This document shows positions 10,213 through 19,345 of a stretch of DNA of 26,286 nucleotides, one piece after another. Positions within the stretch are counted from its first letter, which is position 1, and the number at the start of each line of letters is the position of its first letter. A program made the translations under genes and the position numbers. The notes below the pieces were generated by a model. It saw only the letters and a program-made list of their open reading frames with translations. It ran no database searches and had not been told where the DNA came from. This stretch comes from Bacteroidaceae bacterium. GTDB taxonomy: Bacteria; Bacteroidota; Bacteroidia; Bacteroidales; Bacteroidaceae. The stretch is from assembly GCA_028707655.1 (NCBI GenBank), contig JAQWAN010000001.1, positions 1 to 26,286 on the forward strand. Direction: 5' to 3'.

Positions 10213-11045
10213 AGAAAAAATGGTTATTGTTCTTTTTAGTAAGCTGTTCTCTCTCTTTAGCTGCACAGCAGTTAGATAGTTTACAGAAACATCGTTTCGT
10301 GACAAGCTCTCTACTCTTTGGTGTGGGGCTTTCCAATAATTATGACACCTATATCTCCCCTTTAGAATATACGGGTACAGAGATACGTGTGATGCACGAA
10401 CGAATGCGACTTACTAAATGGGGGCATAACCGAATATCTCTACAATCTCTTGTACAGGCGCATCTCTCTTATTGCTCTAATCCTGCGGATAATAATCATT
10501 TGCTAGGAGGATTACTGAATTGGAACTATGGGCTACATTATCATTTACCGCTCACCGCTTCTCTCAAACTATTGGTGGGTGCATTGGCAGATAGCAATTT
10601 AGGCTTTTCATATAATGCGCGTAACTCTAATAATCCTGCTTCACTGCGCGCCTATCTCAATTTGGACCTTTCCACCATGGCTATTTATCACTTTAAACTT
10701 TGGAACCATCCATATGTGCTACGCTACCAGTTAAATGTGCCCGTTGCGGGACTTCTGTTTTCGCCGGAATACCAAGAGAGCTATTATGAGCTTTTCCAAT
10801 TGGATAGCAAAGGAAACAATCTACGTTTTACCTCACTGCATAATCAACCCTCATTGCGTCAGCTACTCAGTTTAGACATACCGATTGGCTTGTCACAGTT
10901 GCGTGTAGCTTATGTCTGCGATATACAACAGTCGAAAGTGAATAATTTGCGAACCCATGCTTATTCTCACGCCTTTATGATTGGGTTTGTTCGTTCTATT
11001 TACCGCATCAAACAGCGCAAACCTTTGGCGATGCCTGCTTATTAA
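10209..11045 (+). CDS. Outer-membrane beta-barrel-like protein, DUF3316-like
   Basis: Signal peptide, DTYISPLEYTG motif and amphipathic beta-strand pattern. The start overlaps the parC stop (ATGA). The family call is from recollection. Confidence 0.7.
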   Translation: MKKKWLLFFLVSCSLSLAAQQLDSLQKHRFVTSSLLFGVGLSNNYDTYISPLEYTGTEIRVMHERMRLTKWGHNRISLQSLVQAHLSYCSNPADNNHLLGGLLNWNYGLHYHLPLTASLKLLVGALADSNLGFSYNARNSNNPASLRAYLNLDLSTMAIYHFKLWNHPYVLRYQLNVPVAGLLFSPEYQESYYELFQLDSKGNNLRFTSLHNQPSLRQLLSLDIPIGLSQLRVAYVCDIQQSKVNNLRTHAYSHAFMIGFVRSIYRIKQRKPLAMPAY

Positions 11046-11057
11046 TTAGACTTTGGT

Positions 11058-12119
11058 ATGAAAAAAAATAATCTATTGTATCCATATAAAAACCTTTTAC
11101 ATCTTTGCTGTATCCTTTTGCTAGTGCTGCCGGCATTTCTCTTTGGTAGCTGTGTACGAGAGGAATCGTATGAAGACAATGCCATGGGCAATTTTGAACA
11201 GCTCTGGACTATACTAGACCAACAGTATTGTTTTTTCGATTTGAAGCGCGACGAATATGGTTTAGATTGGGAGGAGGTACATAGTCGCTATCGCAATAAG
11301 ATAGTAGAAGGAATGCCAGAGAGCTCTCTGTTTGATGTGCTTGGTGAGATGTTAGCAGAGTTAAAAGATGGCCATGTTAATCTTATCAATAGTGGTAATG
11401 TATCGCATTATTGGAAATGGTATGAAGATTATCCCGATAATTTTAATGAACCTATCCAGCGTGCCTATTTAGGTACAGACTATCGTATAGCTGGTGGATT
11501 AAAATATAAAATGTTTCCCGATAATATTGGTTATATCTATTATGGTGATTTCTCATCGGGTATAGGAGCCTCTAACATAGATGATGCCCTACAATATCTT
11601 GCTGTTTGCGACGGTTTGATTTTTGATGTTCGCAATAATGGTGGTGGTTATGTAACCAACTCCTCTAAGCTAGCTGCTCGTTTTACCAATGAACGCGTGC
11701 TGACTGGTTATATACAGCATAAAACAGGCACAGGCCATTCCGATTTTTCCGACTTTGTGCCAATCTATCTCGACCCTTCTAATCGCATTCGTTGGCAAAA
11801 GAAGGTGGTAGTATTAACGAATCGTCGTTCGTTTAGTGCAACCAATGATTTTGTAAACAGTATGCGACTATTACCATTAGTAACTATAATGGGAGATAAA
11901 ACAGGCGGTGGTTCTGGTATGCCTTTTTCTTCGGAGCTACTTAATGGTTGGTCTGTTCGTTTTTCATCCTCCCCTATGGTGGGTGCCAACAAAGATGCTT
12001 TAGAGTTTGGTATTGACCCAGACGTCCATGTGGCCATGAAAAACACCGATATACTACGAGGAATAGACACCATAATTGAAGAAGCGCGATTATTTTTGAA
12101 AAATGATGAAAAAAAATAG
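11058..12119 (+). CDS. S41 family peptidase, lipoprotein
   Basis: Lipobox-like LFGSC, tricorn-C1-like region (LAELKDGHVNL), DVRNNGGG, catalytic SFSATNDF, GDKTGG and GIDPD. Confidence 0.9.
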   Translation: MKKNNLLYPYKNLLHLCCILLLVLPAFLFGSCVREESYEDNAMGNFEQLWTILDQQYCFFDLKRDEYGLDWEEVHSRYRNKIVEGMPESSLFDVLGEMLAELKDGHVNLINSGNVSHYWKWYEDYPDNFNEPIQRAYLGTDYRIAGGLKYKMFPDNIGYIYYGDFSSGIGASNIDDALQYLAVCDGLIFDVRNNGGGYVTNSSKLAARFTNERVLTGYIQHKTGTGHSDFSDFVPIYLDPSNRIRWQKKVVVLTNRRSFSATNDFVNSMRLLPLVTIMGDKTGGGSGMPFSSELLNGWSVRFSSSPMVGANKDALEFGIDPDVHVAMKNTDILRGIDTIIEEARLFLKNDEKK

Positions 12120-12126
12120 GATAACG

Positions 12127-12157
12127 TTTGGAGATTTTACAAAATAGTGTACCTTTG
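12127..12157 (+). promoter_or_regulatory. Promoter of tRNA-Leu
   Basis: TTTG (12127-12130), 19-nt spacer, TACCTTTG (12150-12157). Confidence 0.8.
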
Positions 12158-12177
12158 CAACCGCAATCGTATGAAAT

Positions 12178-12259
12178 GCGGCTGTGGCGTAATTGGTAGC
12201 CGCGCTAGACTTAGGATCTAGTGACGTGAGTCGTGGGGGTTCGAGTCCCTTCAGCCGTA
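12178..12259 (+). tRNA. tRNA-Leu (anticodon TAG)
   Basis: Acceptor GCGGCTG/CAGCCGT, anticodon arm CTAGA-CTTAGGA-TCTAG, long variable arm, T-arm GGGGG-TTCGAGT-CCCTT. CCA is not encoded. Confidence 0.96.
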
Positions 12260-12262
12260 CAT

Positions 12263-12301
12263 AATAGAGACAAGCTCTTATGAGTTTGTCTCTATTTTTT
12301 T
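12263..12301. terminator. Terminator between tRNA-Leu and the convergent gpmA
   Basis: Stem AATAGAGACAAGCTC / GAGTTTGTCTCTATT (one G-U pair), followed by a T-run on the + strand. Confidence 0.85.
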
Positions 12302-12344
12302 GTGCTGTTATTTTTAAATCTACTAGAAAAGACTATTTTCGTTT

Positions 12345-13013
12345 CTATTTTTCAAATATCCCATCCTTCATCGTATAAAAAAGAGGTTTCCCCGTTGGAA
12401 TTTCCAAATCGAGGACCTCCTCTTTGCTGAGCTGCTCTATATGCATCACAATGGAGCGCAAGCTATTGCCATGTGCTGAAATCAACACATTTTTGCCCTG
12501 CTCTAATAGAGGAATAATCTTTTCTTTAAAAAAAGGAATGGTACGTTCAGCCGTGTCTTGCAAGCATTCGCCCTTTGGTGGTGGTACATCATAACTCCTG
12601 CGCCACTGATGAATCTGTTCCTCTCCATATACCTTGGCCGTATCGGCTTTGTTTTTTCCTTGCAACTCACCATAATAGCGCTCGTTCAGATGCCAATCTC
12701 TATAAACAGGGATGATGTTATGTTGCATCTCTTCACTATAAATAGCTGTCCATTCTTTCATCTTACCTTCGGAATGAATAATTACCGGTGTCTTTTCACT
12801 TTTGTTTTGTGCCATAATCAGCATAGCTGTTTCCATAGCACGCACCAGTACCGAGGTAAAAACAACGTCGAACTTAATTGTTGAGAGTTGTTTTCCAGCT
12901 CGTGTGGCTTCGTTTACACCATTTGGTGAAAGAGGAACATCCACCCAACCCGTAAATACATTTTTTAGATTCCAAACGGATTGTCCGTGTCTAATCAATA
13001 TCAATTGTGCCAT
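12345..13013 (-). CDS. gpmA: 2,3-bisphosphoglycerate-dependent phosphoglycerate mutase
   Basis: LIRHGQSVWN, FTGWVDVPLS, LNERYYGELQG and SAHGNSLR motifs. Confidence 0.96.
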   Translation of the reverse strand: MAQLILIRHGQSVWNLKNVFTGWVDVPLSPNGVNEATRAGKQLSTIKFDVVFTSVLVRAMETAMLIMAQNKSEKTPVIIHSEGKMKEWTAIYSEEMQHNIIPVYRDWHLNERYYGELQGKNKADTAKVYGEEQIHQWRRSYDVPPPKGECLQDTAERTIPFFKEKIIPLLEQGKNVLISAHGNSLRSIVMHIEQLSKEEVLDLEIPTGKPLFYTMKDGIFEK

Positions 13014-13064
13014 ACTATTTGTTCTTTTCGGGTTCCCTATTCCTAACTACTTTTTTAAGAGCAA

Positions 13065-14135
13065 TTAAGCAATAGTAATCGTTTTGTCTAGGTAGACCGA
13101 TTGAACGGCTTCAATAATCTCTACACCCTCTTTAAATGGTTTCTGGAACGCTTTACGTCCAAGTATCAATCCACTACCACCCGCACGTTTGTTAATTACG
13201 GCCGTACGTACAGCAGCAGCTATGTCATTATCACCAGAAGCTCCACCCGAGTTAATTAGCGGAATACGTCCAGCATACTGGTTAATTAGTTGATAACGCG
13301 TTAAATCGATAGGATTTTCAGAGCATAATTCAGTATACATCCGTTCATCATACTTACCAAATTTATGACCATCTGCATTTAGCATTCTGTAGCCACCATT
13401 ATTCTCAGGTAGTTTTTGTTTGATAATATCCGCTTCAATTGTTACCCCAAGATGATTCGCTTGTCCAGTTAAGTCGGCAGCAGCATGATAATCTTCTCCT
13501 CCATTTTTGAAATCACTGTTTCGTAGGTAGCACCATAAGATGGTAAACATCCCTTTTTTATGTGCATATGCAAAGGTTTTACTTATTTCAATAATTTGTC
13601 GATCCGATTCGGCAGAGCCAAAATAGATAGTAGCCCCAACTCCAGCAGCCCCCATCTCATAGGCCTGGTCTACAGAGGCAAAAGGAATTTGGTCGAATGT
13701 ATTAGGAGAAGTAAGTAGTTCGTTATGATTAAGTTTTACGATAAATGGAATTTTGTGTGCATATTTACGAGACACGATTCCCAGTACACCAAGTGTGGAG
13801 GCCACCCCATTGCATCCCGCTTCGATAGCTAATTTTACAATATTCTCCGCATCAAAATAGAGTGGATTTTTTGCAAAAGAAGCGCCAGCTGAGTGTTCAA
13901 TGCCCTGGTCAACGGGCAAGATAGAGAGATAGCCTGTGCCAGAAAGATTGCCTGAATGATAGAGACGATTTAAATTTCCAAGTACACGATTATTTCTGTC
14001 GGAAGAGATAAAGACATTATCCACGATATCTTTTCCAGAAAGTACTAAACTGTTTTTACTGATTTTTGGCGAGGAAAATTCAAGTAATGTTGATTCTGCT
14101 CCCAATAGTTCCTGAATTTGTTTTGTTTGTAACAT
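13065..14135 (-). CDS. fbaB: Class I fructose-bisphosphate aldolase (DhnA/FbaB type)
   Basis: [18 protein letters not shown], Schiff-base region ADIIKQKLP and [10 protein letters not shown]. Confidence 0.96.
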   Translation of the reverse strand: MLQTKQIQELLGAESTLLEFSSPKISKNSLVLSGKDIVDNVFISSDRNNRVLGNLNRLYHSGNLSGTGYLSILPVDQGIEHSAGASFAKNPLYFDAENIVKLAIEAGCNGVASTLGVLGIVSRKYAHKIPFIVKLNHNELLTSPNTFDQIPFASVDQAYEMGAAGVGATIYFGSAESDRQIIEISKTFAYAHKKGMFTILWCYLRNSDFKNGGEDYHAAADLTGQANHLGVTIEADIIKQKLPENNGGYRMLNADGHKFGKYDERMYTELCSENPIDLTRYQLINQYAGRIPLINSGGASGDNDIAAAVRTAVINKRAGGSGLILGRKAFQKPFKEGVEIIEAVQSVYLDKTITIA

Positions 14136-14305
14136 ACTGTTTAATTTTTAAATTCGTAATAGGCATTTGTAATATCCGGGAGGGTATGTAAAGCGCTGTC
14201 TTTTTACTACATAGCTCACGTAAATATAAGATTTTTTTCCGATTAAAGCTTTAAAAAAACCTTTTTTGAATAAAGGTAGTGTTGCTAAAAGAATCCATCT
14301 TTAAT

Positions 14306-14344
14306 AAAAAAGGCTGTCCCAATAAAATGAGACAGCCTTTTTTT
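14306..14344. terminator. Intrinsic terminator downstream of tpx
   Basis: Stem AGGCTGTC / GACAGCCT flanked by A-run and T-run, about 15 nt after the tpx stop. Confidence 0.85.
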
Positions 14345-14358
14345 AAACTAATACATCT

Positions 14359-14868
14359 TTATAATGATTGAATCATCTCTAATGCTTTTTTGTAATCGGG
14401 TTCATCCGTAATTTCTGATACATATTCAATGTAACGAATAGTTCCCGTTTTGTCAATAATAACCGTACCTCTTGTTAAGAGTCTTAGCTCTTCCACCACA
14501 AAACCATATTTTTTACCAAAGTCTAAATCTTTATGGTCAGAGAGTGTTATAATATTTTCTAATCCCTCTGCTGCACAAAAACGAGATTGAGCAAAAGGTA
14601 GGTCGCAAGATATAGATAATACAACAGTATCGGTTAGTTTATTGGCTTCCGTATTGAAACGTCTATTTTGGGCTGCGCAAACACCTGTATCTACAGATGG
14701 ATAGATGGCAATAACCACATTCTTTCCTTTAAAATCAGATAGGTGAACAGGGTTAAGTGCATTGCCGAGACAAACGAAATCGGGTGCTTTATCTCCTATT
14801 TTTACAGTACCTCCTACTATGGTTACAGGATTTCCCTTCATGGTGATAGATAAGTCTGTTCTTTTCAT
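14359..14868 (-). CDS. tpx: Thiol peroxidase (atypical 2-Cys peroxiredoxin)
   Basis: GDKAPDF, PSVDTGVC (peroxidatic Cys) and SCDLPFAQSRFC. Confidence 0.96.
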   Translation of the reverse strand: MKRTDLSITMKGNPVTIVGGTVKIGDKAPDFVCLGNALNPVHLSDFKGKNVVIAIYPSVDTGVCAAQNRRFNTEANKLTDTVVLSISCDLPFAQSRFCAAEGLENIITLSDHKDLDFGKKYGFVVEELRLLTRGTVIIDKTGTIRYIEYVSEITDEPDYKKALEMIQSL

Positions 14869-14909
14869 ATTTGTATGTTTTAAAATGTAAACTACTAAAA
14901 CGATTTAGA

Positions 14910-14917
14910 CAAAGCTA
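14910..14917 (-). promoter_or_regulatory. Putative -7 box of the tpx promoter
   Basis: Minus-strand TAGCTTTG about 40 nt upstream of the ATG. Confidence 0.55.
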
Positions 14918-15015
14918 CAAAAAAAAATGATAGCTGCTGCTTGTTATGTGTGAAAAGAAGTATAAATATAGAAGGAGGAAAGTAGATGTTTTGTTTCTAG
15001 GTATACCTACTTTCG

Positions 15016-15651
15016 CTAAAGTGCCCTCTCTATTTTCTGTAAGCTGTTATGTATGTACACTTTTTCTCTCTTAAATTTTTCTACACAATCTAGCCAGTTG
15101 TTGATCAGTAATAAACCCTGTTCGGAGATAATTGATTCAGGATGGAACTGTACACCAAAAAGTGGTAGCGACTGGTGGGCAATAACCATACCGTTTCCCT
15201 CTTCGTCGGTAGCACAAACCTGTAAATCTGCTGGTAAGGATTGGCTTTCCACACGCCACGAATGATATCTGCCAATAGCGGTTTGGTTGGGTATCCCCTT
15301 TAAGAGTGCGCAGGGATGTGTTATCTGTAAAAAGCTTTGGTGTCCATGTTTTGGTTTTTCTAGTAGCTGTAATGAGGCTCCAAAGGCTACTGCTAACGCT
15401 TGATGCCCTAGGCATACCCCTAAGATAGGGTATTTGCGGTACGCATGCTCAATTAGGTGCATCATAGCGGGATAGTCGGTTGGTTGAGCTGCCCCGGGGG
15501 AGAGGAGTATACCATCAAATAAATAGAGCTCATCTAGCTGAATCTGTTCGGCTTGTTGAATTGTTATCTCTACGCGTTGTGTCGATCGTAACAGTTCCAC
15601 CAAATTATATACAAATGAATCTCTATTATCTATAATTAAAATACGTAACAT
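15016..15651 (-). CDS. pabA: Glutamine amidotransferase of aminodeoxychorismate/anthranilate synthase (component II), probably PabA
   Basis: IIDNRDSFVYNL, LSPG, GVCLGHQ, RYHS and GVQFHPES (class I GATase triad). The divergent pabBC genes support PabA over TrpG. Confidence 0.85.
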   Translation of the reverse strand: MLRILIIDNRDSFVYNLVELLRSTQRVEITIQQAEQIQLDELYLFDGILLSPGAAQPTDYPAMMHLIEHAYRKYPILGVCLGHQALAVAFGASLQLLEKPKHGHQSFLQITHPCALLKGIPNQTAIGRYHSWRVESQSLPADLQVCATDEEGNGMVIAHQSLPLFGVQFHPESIISEQGLLLINNWLDCVEKFKREKVYIHNSLQKIERAL

Positions 15652-15717
15652 TTCATTTTTCTATTTGCGCGCAAGATAATAAAAAACAAGATGTGTTTGT
15701 TGATTAAGTAGTAGAGC

Positions 15718-15749
15718 TTTCGTTTTCTTTATTGAAAAGTGTAAATTTG
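15718..15749 (+). promoter_or_regulatory. Putative pabB promoter
   Basis: TTTC (15718-15721), 20-nt spacer, TAAATTTG (15742-15749). The ATG follows only 4 nt later. Confidence 0.55.
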
Positions 15750-15753
15750 CAGC

Positions 15754-16731
15754 ATGATAACAGCAAAAGAAGTGCGGCTATTGATGAATCAAGCCGGCCG
15801 TTGTGCCCTGCCTTTTTTATTTGGCATCGATTATGAAATGGAACGTGGCTTTTTTATCCCGCATCCCCTAGAGCAACAGGCTGTTTTATGGCGCGTGCAC
15901 GCCCATACCAATATATCCCCTGCGCTATCCAAAAGCCCTTTGTTGGGGAGCCTTTTCAAATCGCATCCAGTAGACTATGCTACCTATTCGCAACGCTTCT
16001 CTTATGTGCAACAACAGCTGTTGCAGGGTAACTCTTTCTTGACGAATCTAACCCTAAAAACGCCTATTACCACCGATTACACCCTGCAAGAGATTCTTTT
16101 ACATAGTCAGTCGCCTTATGGAGTAGCTCTGCCCAATCGTTTTGTCTGTTTCTCGCCAGAAACGTTTGTCCGTATAAAAGGAACAACCATCTATTCCAAT
16201 CCCATGAAGGGAACAATTCGTTGTGATGTGCCGCATGCCGAGCAAGTAATTCTTGCTGATTATAAAGAGCAAGCAGAGCATAACACGATAGTTGATTTTA
16301 TCCGTAGCGATTTAAGTAGGGTGGCTACCCAAATCAAAGTGGACCGTTTTAGGTATATTGACAGGGTAGAGACCTCTAACGGAGCAATCTTGCAGGTCTC
16401 CTCCCAGATTAGTGGTGAACTGCCCGCAGACTATACTGCTTGTTTAGGGGATATCCTCTTTACATTACTTCCGGCAGGCTCCATTTCTGGTGCACCTAAA
16501 GTTTCTACTTGTAAGATTATAGCTGCCGCTGAGCAGGAAAAAAGAGGCTATTATTCGGGCGTTTTTGGTTATTATGATGGTATTGAATTAGATAGTGCGG
16601 TGATGATTCGTTATTTGGAGCAGGTGAATGATTCGTTTTACTTCAGAAGTGGAGGAGGAGTAACCATTAATAGTTCGATGAGAAGTGAGTATGAAGAAGT
16701 ATTAGAAAAAGTATATTTACCCTTTGTATGA
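15754..16731 (+). CDS. pabB: Aminodeoxychorismate synthase component I (short Bacteroidota form)
   Basis: FSPETF, SNPMKGTI, KEQAEHNTIVDFIRSDL, PAGSISGAPK, SAVMIRY and RSGGG chorismate-binding motifs. Confidence 0.92.
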   Translation: MITAKEVRLLMNQAGRCALPFLFGIDYEMERGFFIPHPLEQQAVLWRVHAHTNISPALSKSPLLGSLFKSHPVDYATYSQRFSYVQQQLLQGNSFLTNLTLKTPITTDYTLQEILLHSQSPYGVALPNRFVCFSPETFVRIKGTTIYSNPMKGTIRCDVPHAEQVILADYKEQAEHNTIVDFIRSDLSRVATQIKVDRFRYIDRVETSNGAILQVSSQISGELPADYTACLGDILFTLLPAGSISGAPKVSTCKIIAAAEQEKRGYYSGVFGYYDGIELDSAVMIRYLEQVNDSFYFRSGGGVTINSSMRSEYEEVLEKVYLPFV

Positions 16732-17309
16732 GATATATAGAAAGTATTAAGATAGTGAATGGCAGTTTATTGCGTTACGCCTTTCATATGCAGCGTATCG
16801 AGCGTACCCTTGGATTTCCCCTATCCATACCCACAACAGTGCCTCTCTCTTTTCAGCGCGGTGTTGTAAAATATCGTTTGGTATATAGTGCAGAACTAGG
16901 AATAGAAGAGGTGAGTTATTCCTTTTATACCCTACCTTGCATAGGTAGTTTGCAGTTGGTTGAGGCCGGTAATCTGGACTATCACTGTAAATTTGAAGAC
17001 CGCAGTTCACTACAGCACTTCATGACCCTACGTCATTATTCGGATGATATCCTTTTGCTTTCCAATGGAATGGTTTCAGATACCAGTTACTGTAATGTTG
17101 TCTTTGAAAATGAACAGGGGCTCTTTACGCCTCGTCACTCCTTGCTAAAGGGAACGCAGCAAGCCGCTTTGCTCGCGCAACAGATTATTTCATATGCTGA
17201 CATCTCTGTTTTCTCTATCTCCAATTATCAAAGGGTACATCTGATAAATGCGATGATAGAGTTAGGAGAGCTTACCCTCCCCGTAACGCATATAGCACCT
17301 ATTCTTTAA
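16728..17309 (+). CDS. pabC: 4-amino-4-deoxychorismate lyase (aminotransferase class IV)
   Basis: HMQRIERT, CKFEDRS, DTSYCNVVF, LLKGTQQ and LINAM. The start overlaps the pabB stop. Confidence 0.85.
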   Translation: MRYIESIKIVNGSLLRYAFHMQRIERTLGFPLSIPTTVPLSFQRGVVKYRLVYSAELGIEEVSYSFYTLPCIGSLQLVEAGNLDYHCKFEDRSSLQHFMTLRHYSDDILLLSNGMVSDTSYCNVVFENEQGLFTPRHSLLKGTQQAALLAQQIISYADISVFSISNYQRVHLINAMIELGELTLPVTHIAPIL

Positions 17310-17346
17310 AAAAAAGGCTACCACAGTGCAATACTGGGTAGCCTTT
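17308..17346. terminator. Terminator between pabC and the convergent secreted-protein gene
   Basis: Stem AAAGGCTACC-a-CAGT / ACTG-GGTAGCCTTT. The A-run at 17308-17315 gives a long U-tract on the minus strand. Confidence 0.8.
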
Positions 17347-17395
17347 CCAAAAAAAAAAGAATAAAATATAATCTACAAAAGTGTAGAAAATAAGA

Positions 17396-19075
17396 TTAGT
17401 GGATGCATTTAACAGATTTAGATGTTCCGTCTGTGTAAACAACACGTTTTACATAGATACCTTTTTGAGCAGGTTTAGCCATTTCTGTACCTGTTAAACT
17501 ATAATAAGATTCTGTTGCAATTTCTTTATCAGCCACCTCGTTTTCGATACCATCTGCACTGTCTACAACAGTAGCGTCAATAACGATTAGAGTACTTACA
17601 CTCTGGCCAAATAAGTCAGTTATAGCCATCCAAGCGCCATCATAGTTTGCATATAAAGAGTTTACTGCAGCAGGTCTGTCCCAGCATGTAGCAAAACCAA
17701 ATCCGTCAGTGGCAGTTGCAGTAAAGGTTGGGAAATCAAACTCAATGAAGAAAGAACCAGTAATTTGAAGAGGTTCTGGGAAAGTGAATGATCTTACTGA
17801 TCTATCTCCAGCAAAGAATTCGCCCAATGTGGTAGTATACGATTTAATGACTGTTCCTGGCATACCATCTACAGCTTGTTTAATGCTAACAGTTAATGGT
17901 TCTGTACCAATAGTAGCTCCTGCATAAACGGCAGAATGAACGAAACCATTCATAGAGATAGTTGCATTAGCAGGCATCTCGAATGATTCTGCAATTTGTG
18001 TAAAGTAGCTATTAGGACCAGCTAGATAAGAAAAACCATCTGCTGAAGCGGTTACCATTACAGCTGATTCAGCAGGAGATATATTCGATACAAACATAGT
18101 TGCATCTGCTGCATATTCTTTTGATGCGATAGTGATGGATGAATTATCACTGCTTTCATTATCACCAGCTACAGATAATGTAAAGGTGTTGTTTCCAGCG
18201 AATAGATTGTTAGCAACTAATGCACTAGTAGTAGCATCTCCAACAATATTGACACCAAGTGGAGCCATCCATGCAAATGAGGTAACATTTGAAGTGCTTG
18301 CATTTAAGTAAATGTTACTTGTACTACCAGCTAAAAATACATCATTACCGTGATCTGTGTCATAAGAGCAAAGACCGCCCGTATAAGCGATTTCAGCTAT
18401 TTTTGCTGTAGGGATAATAGGTGCATCGTGTACTTGGAATAGATCAAAAGCAACTGCATTTACATCTTTAGCAACTGTACAATGGTTTATTCCAAAGTTA
18501 TAAAGACCGCTTTCTGTTGGGGTAAATTCAGCTTTAAATTGTGTAAAACTTTGGATGGATTCAGCATTATCTCCTTTTTTGTTTATCAAAATAGTAGATT
18601 GTTTGATGGCTGTATCGCCTTGTCCAACCGTAATAGCAAATTCGTCGTTTACACCCTCATATCCAGGTACATATGCATATACAGAAACGTAGTAAGTTGT
18701 GCCAGCTTCTAGATAAGTACTAGGAGAAATAGCCCATGCATTTCTAGATGCTGCCCCATCGTACATGGATATAAGGTATGCATCGCCGTCTACAGCAGGA
18801 GTATCGGTAAGTCCAGCTCCAGAGCTCATTAAGTCAGCACCGTCAGTGATAGTCCAACCGTTATCTTCTGTTTCAAAGCTTTCATCAATAGGAGTAAATG
18901 AAGCTGTTATTTTTTGCATGCCTTTCACATTATTGATCAAGTCGCCCGCAGTTCCTAAGACCTGAGATTGTCTAACCGGTGTTTGTGCTTTAGCTTTTTT
19001 TACTTGTGTTGCTTTTTGTGCACCAACACTTACGCTCATAAAAAGCGCTAAAAATAAAAGAGTAAAATTCTTCAT
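17396..19075 (-). CDS. Secreted protein with a cleaved-adhesin-like (choice-of-anchor J-like) domain and a T9SS-like C-terminal domain
   Basis: Sec signal peptide. FETEDNGWT..DGDAYLIS..NAWAISP..LEAGTTYYVS resembles cleaved-adhesin domains. The C-terminal DGIENE..YYSLTG..KGIYVKR..DGTSKSVK resembles Bacteroidales CTD sorting signals. Confidence 0.65.
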   Translation of the reverse strand: MKNFTLLFLALFMSVSVGAQKATQVKKAKAQTPVRQSQVLGTAGDLINNVKGMQKITASFTPIDESFETEDNGWTITDGADLMSSGAGLTDTPAVDGDAYLISMYDGAASRNAWAISPSTYLEAGTTYYVSVYAYVPGYEGVNDEFAITVGQGDTAIKQSTILINKKGDNAESIQSFTQFKAEFTPTESGLYNFGINHCTVAKDVNAVAFDLFQVHDAPIIPTAKIAEIAYTGGLCSYDTDHGNDVFLAGSTSNIYLNASTSNVTSFAWMAPLGVNIVGDATTSALVANNLFAGNNTFTLSVAGDNESSDNSSITIASKEYAADATMFVSNISPAESAVMVTASADGFSYLAGPNSYFTQIAESFEMPANATISMNGFVHSAVYAGATIGTEPLTVSIKQAVDGMPGTVIKSYTTTLGEFFAGDRSVRSFTFPEPLQITGSFFIEFDFPTFTATATDGFGFATCWDRPAAVNSLYANYDGAWMAITDLFGQSVSTLIVIDATVVDSADGIENEVADKEIATESYYSLTGTEMAKPAQKGIYVKRVVYTDGTSKSVKCIH

Positions 19076-19117
19076 AATTTTTACGTTTAGTTAAAAATAA
19101 TAATAATTAATTGTGTG

Positions 19118-19125
19118 CAAATATA
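19118..19125 (-). promoter_or_regulatory. Putative -7 box for the 559-aa secreted protein gene
   Basis: Minus-strand TATATTTG(CAC) about 43 nt upstream of the ATG. Confidence 0.6.
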
Positions 19126-19345
19126 CTAATATATATTTAAACAAACAGTATTTCCCCCATTTTATTGATTTTTTGATATTAAAATCAGCTTTTTTGTGGG
19201 TAAATTATGTATATATATAAGATATACTGAAAAATTGCAACTCTTAAATATAGCTACAAAAATGTTGAATGTCACTTTTATTTTGTAAAAAATACAGATA
19301 ATAACAGGTTCTATTCCTCTCTATTTTTAATCGCGCATACGCTCT

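Noticed and set aside
12241-14900. Possible island integrated at tRNA-Leu
   Set aside because: I saw no duplicated tRNA 3' end and no adjacent integrase, and the downstream genes are housekeeping.
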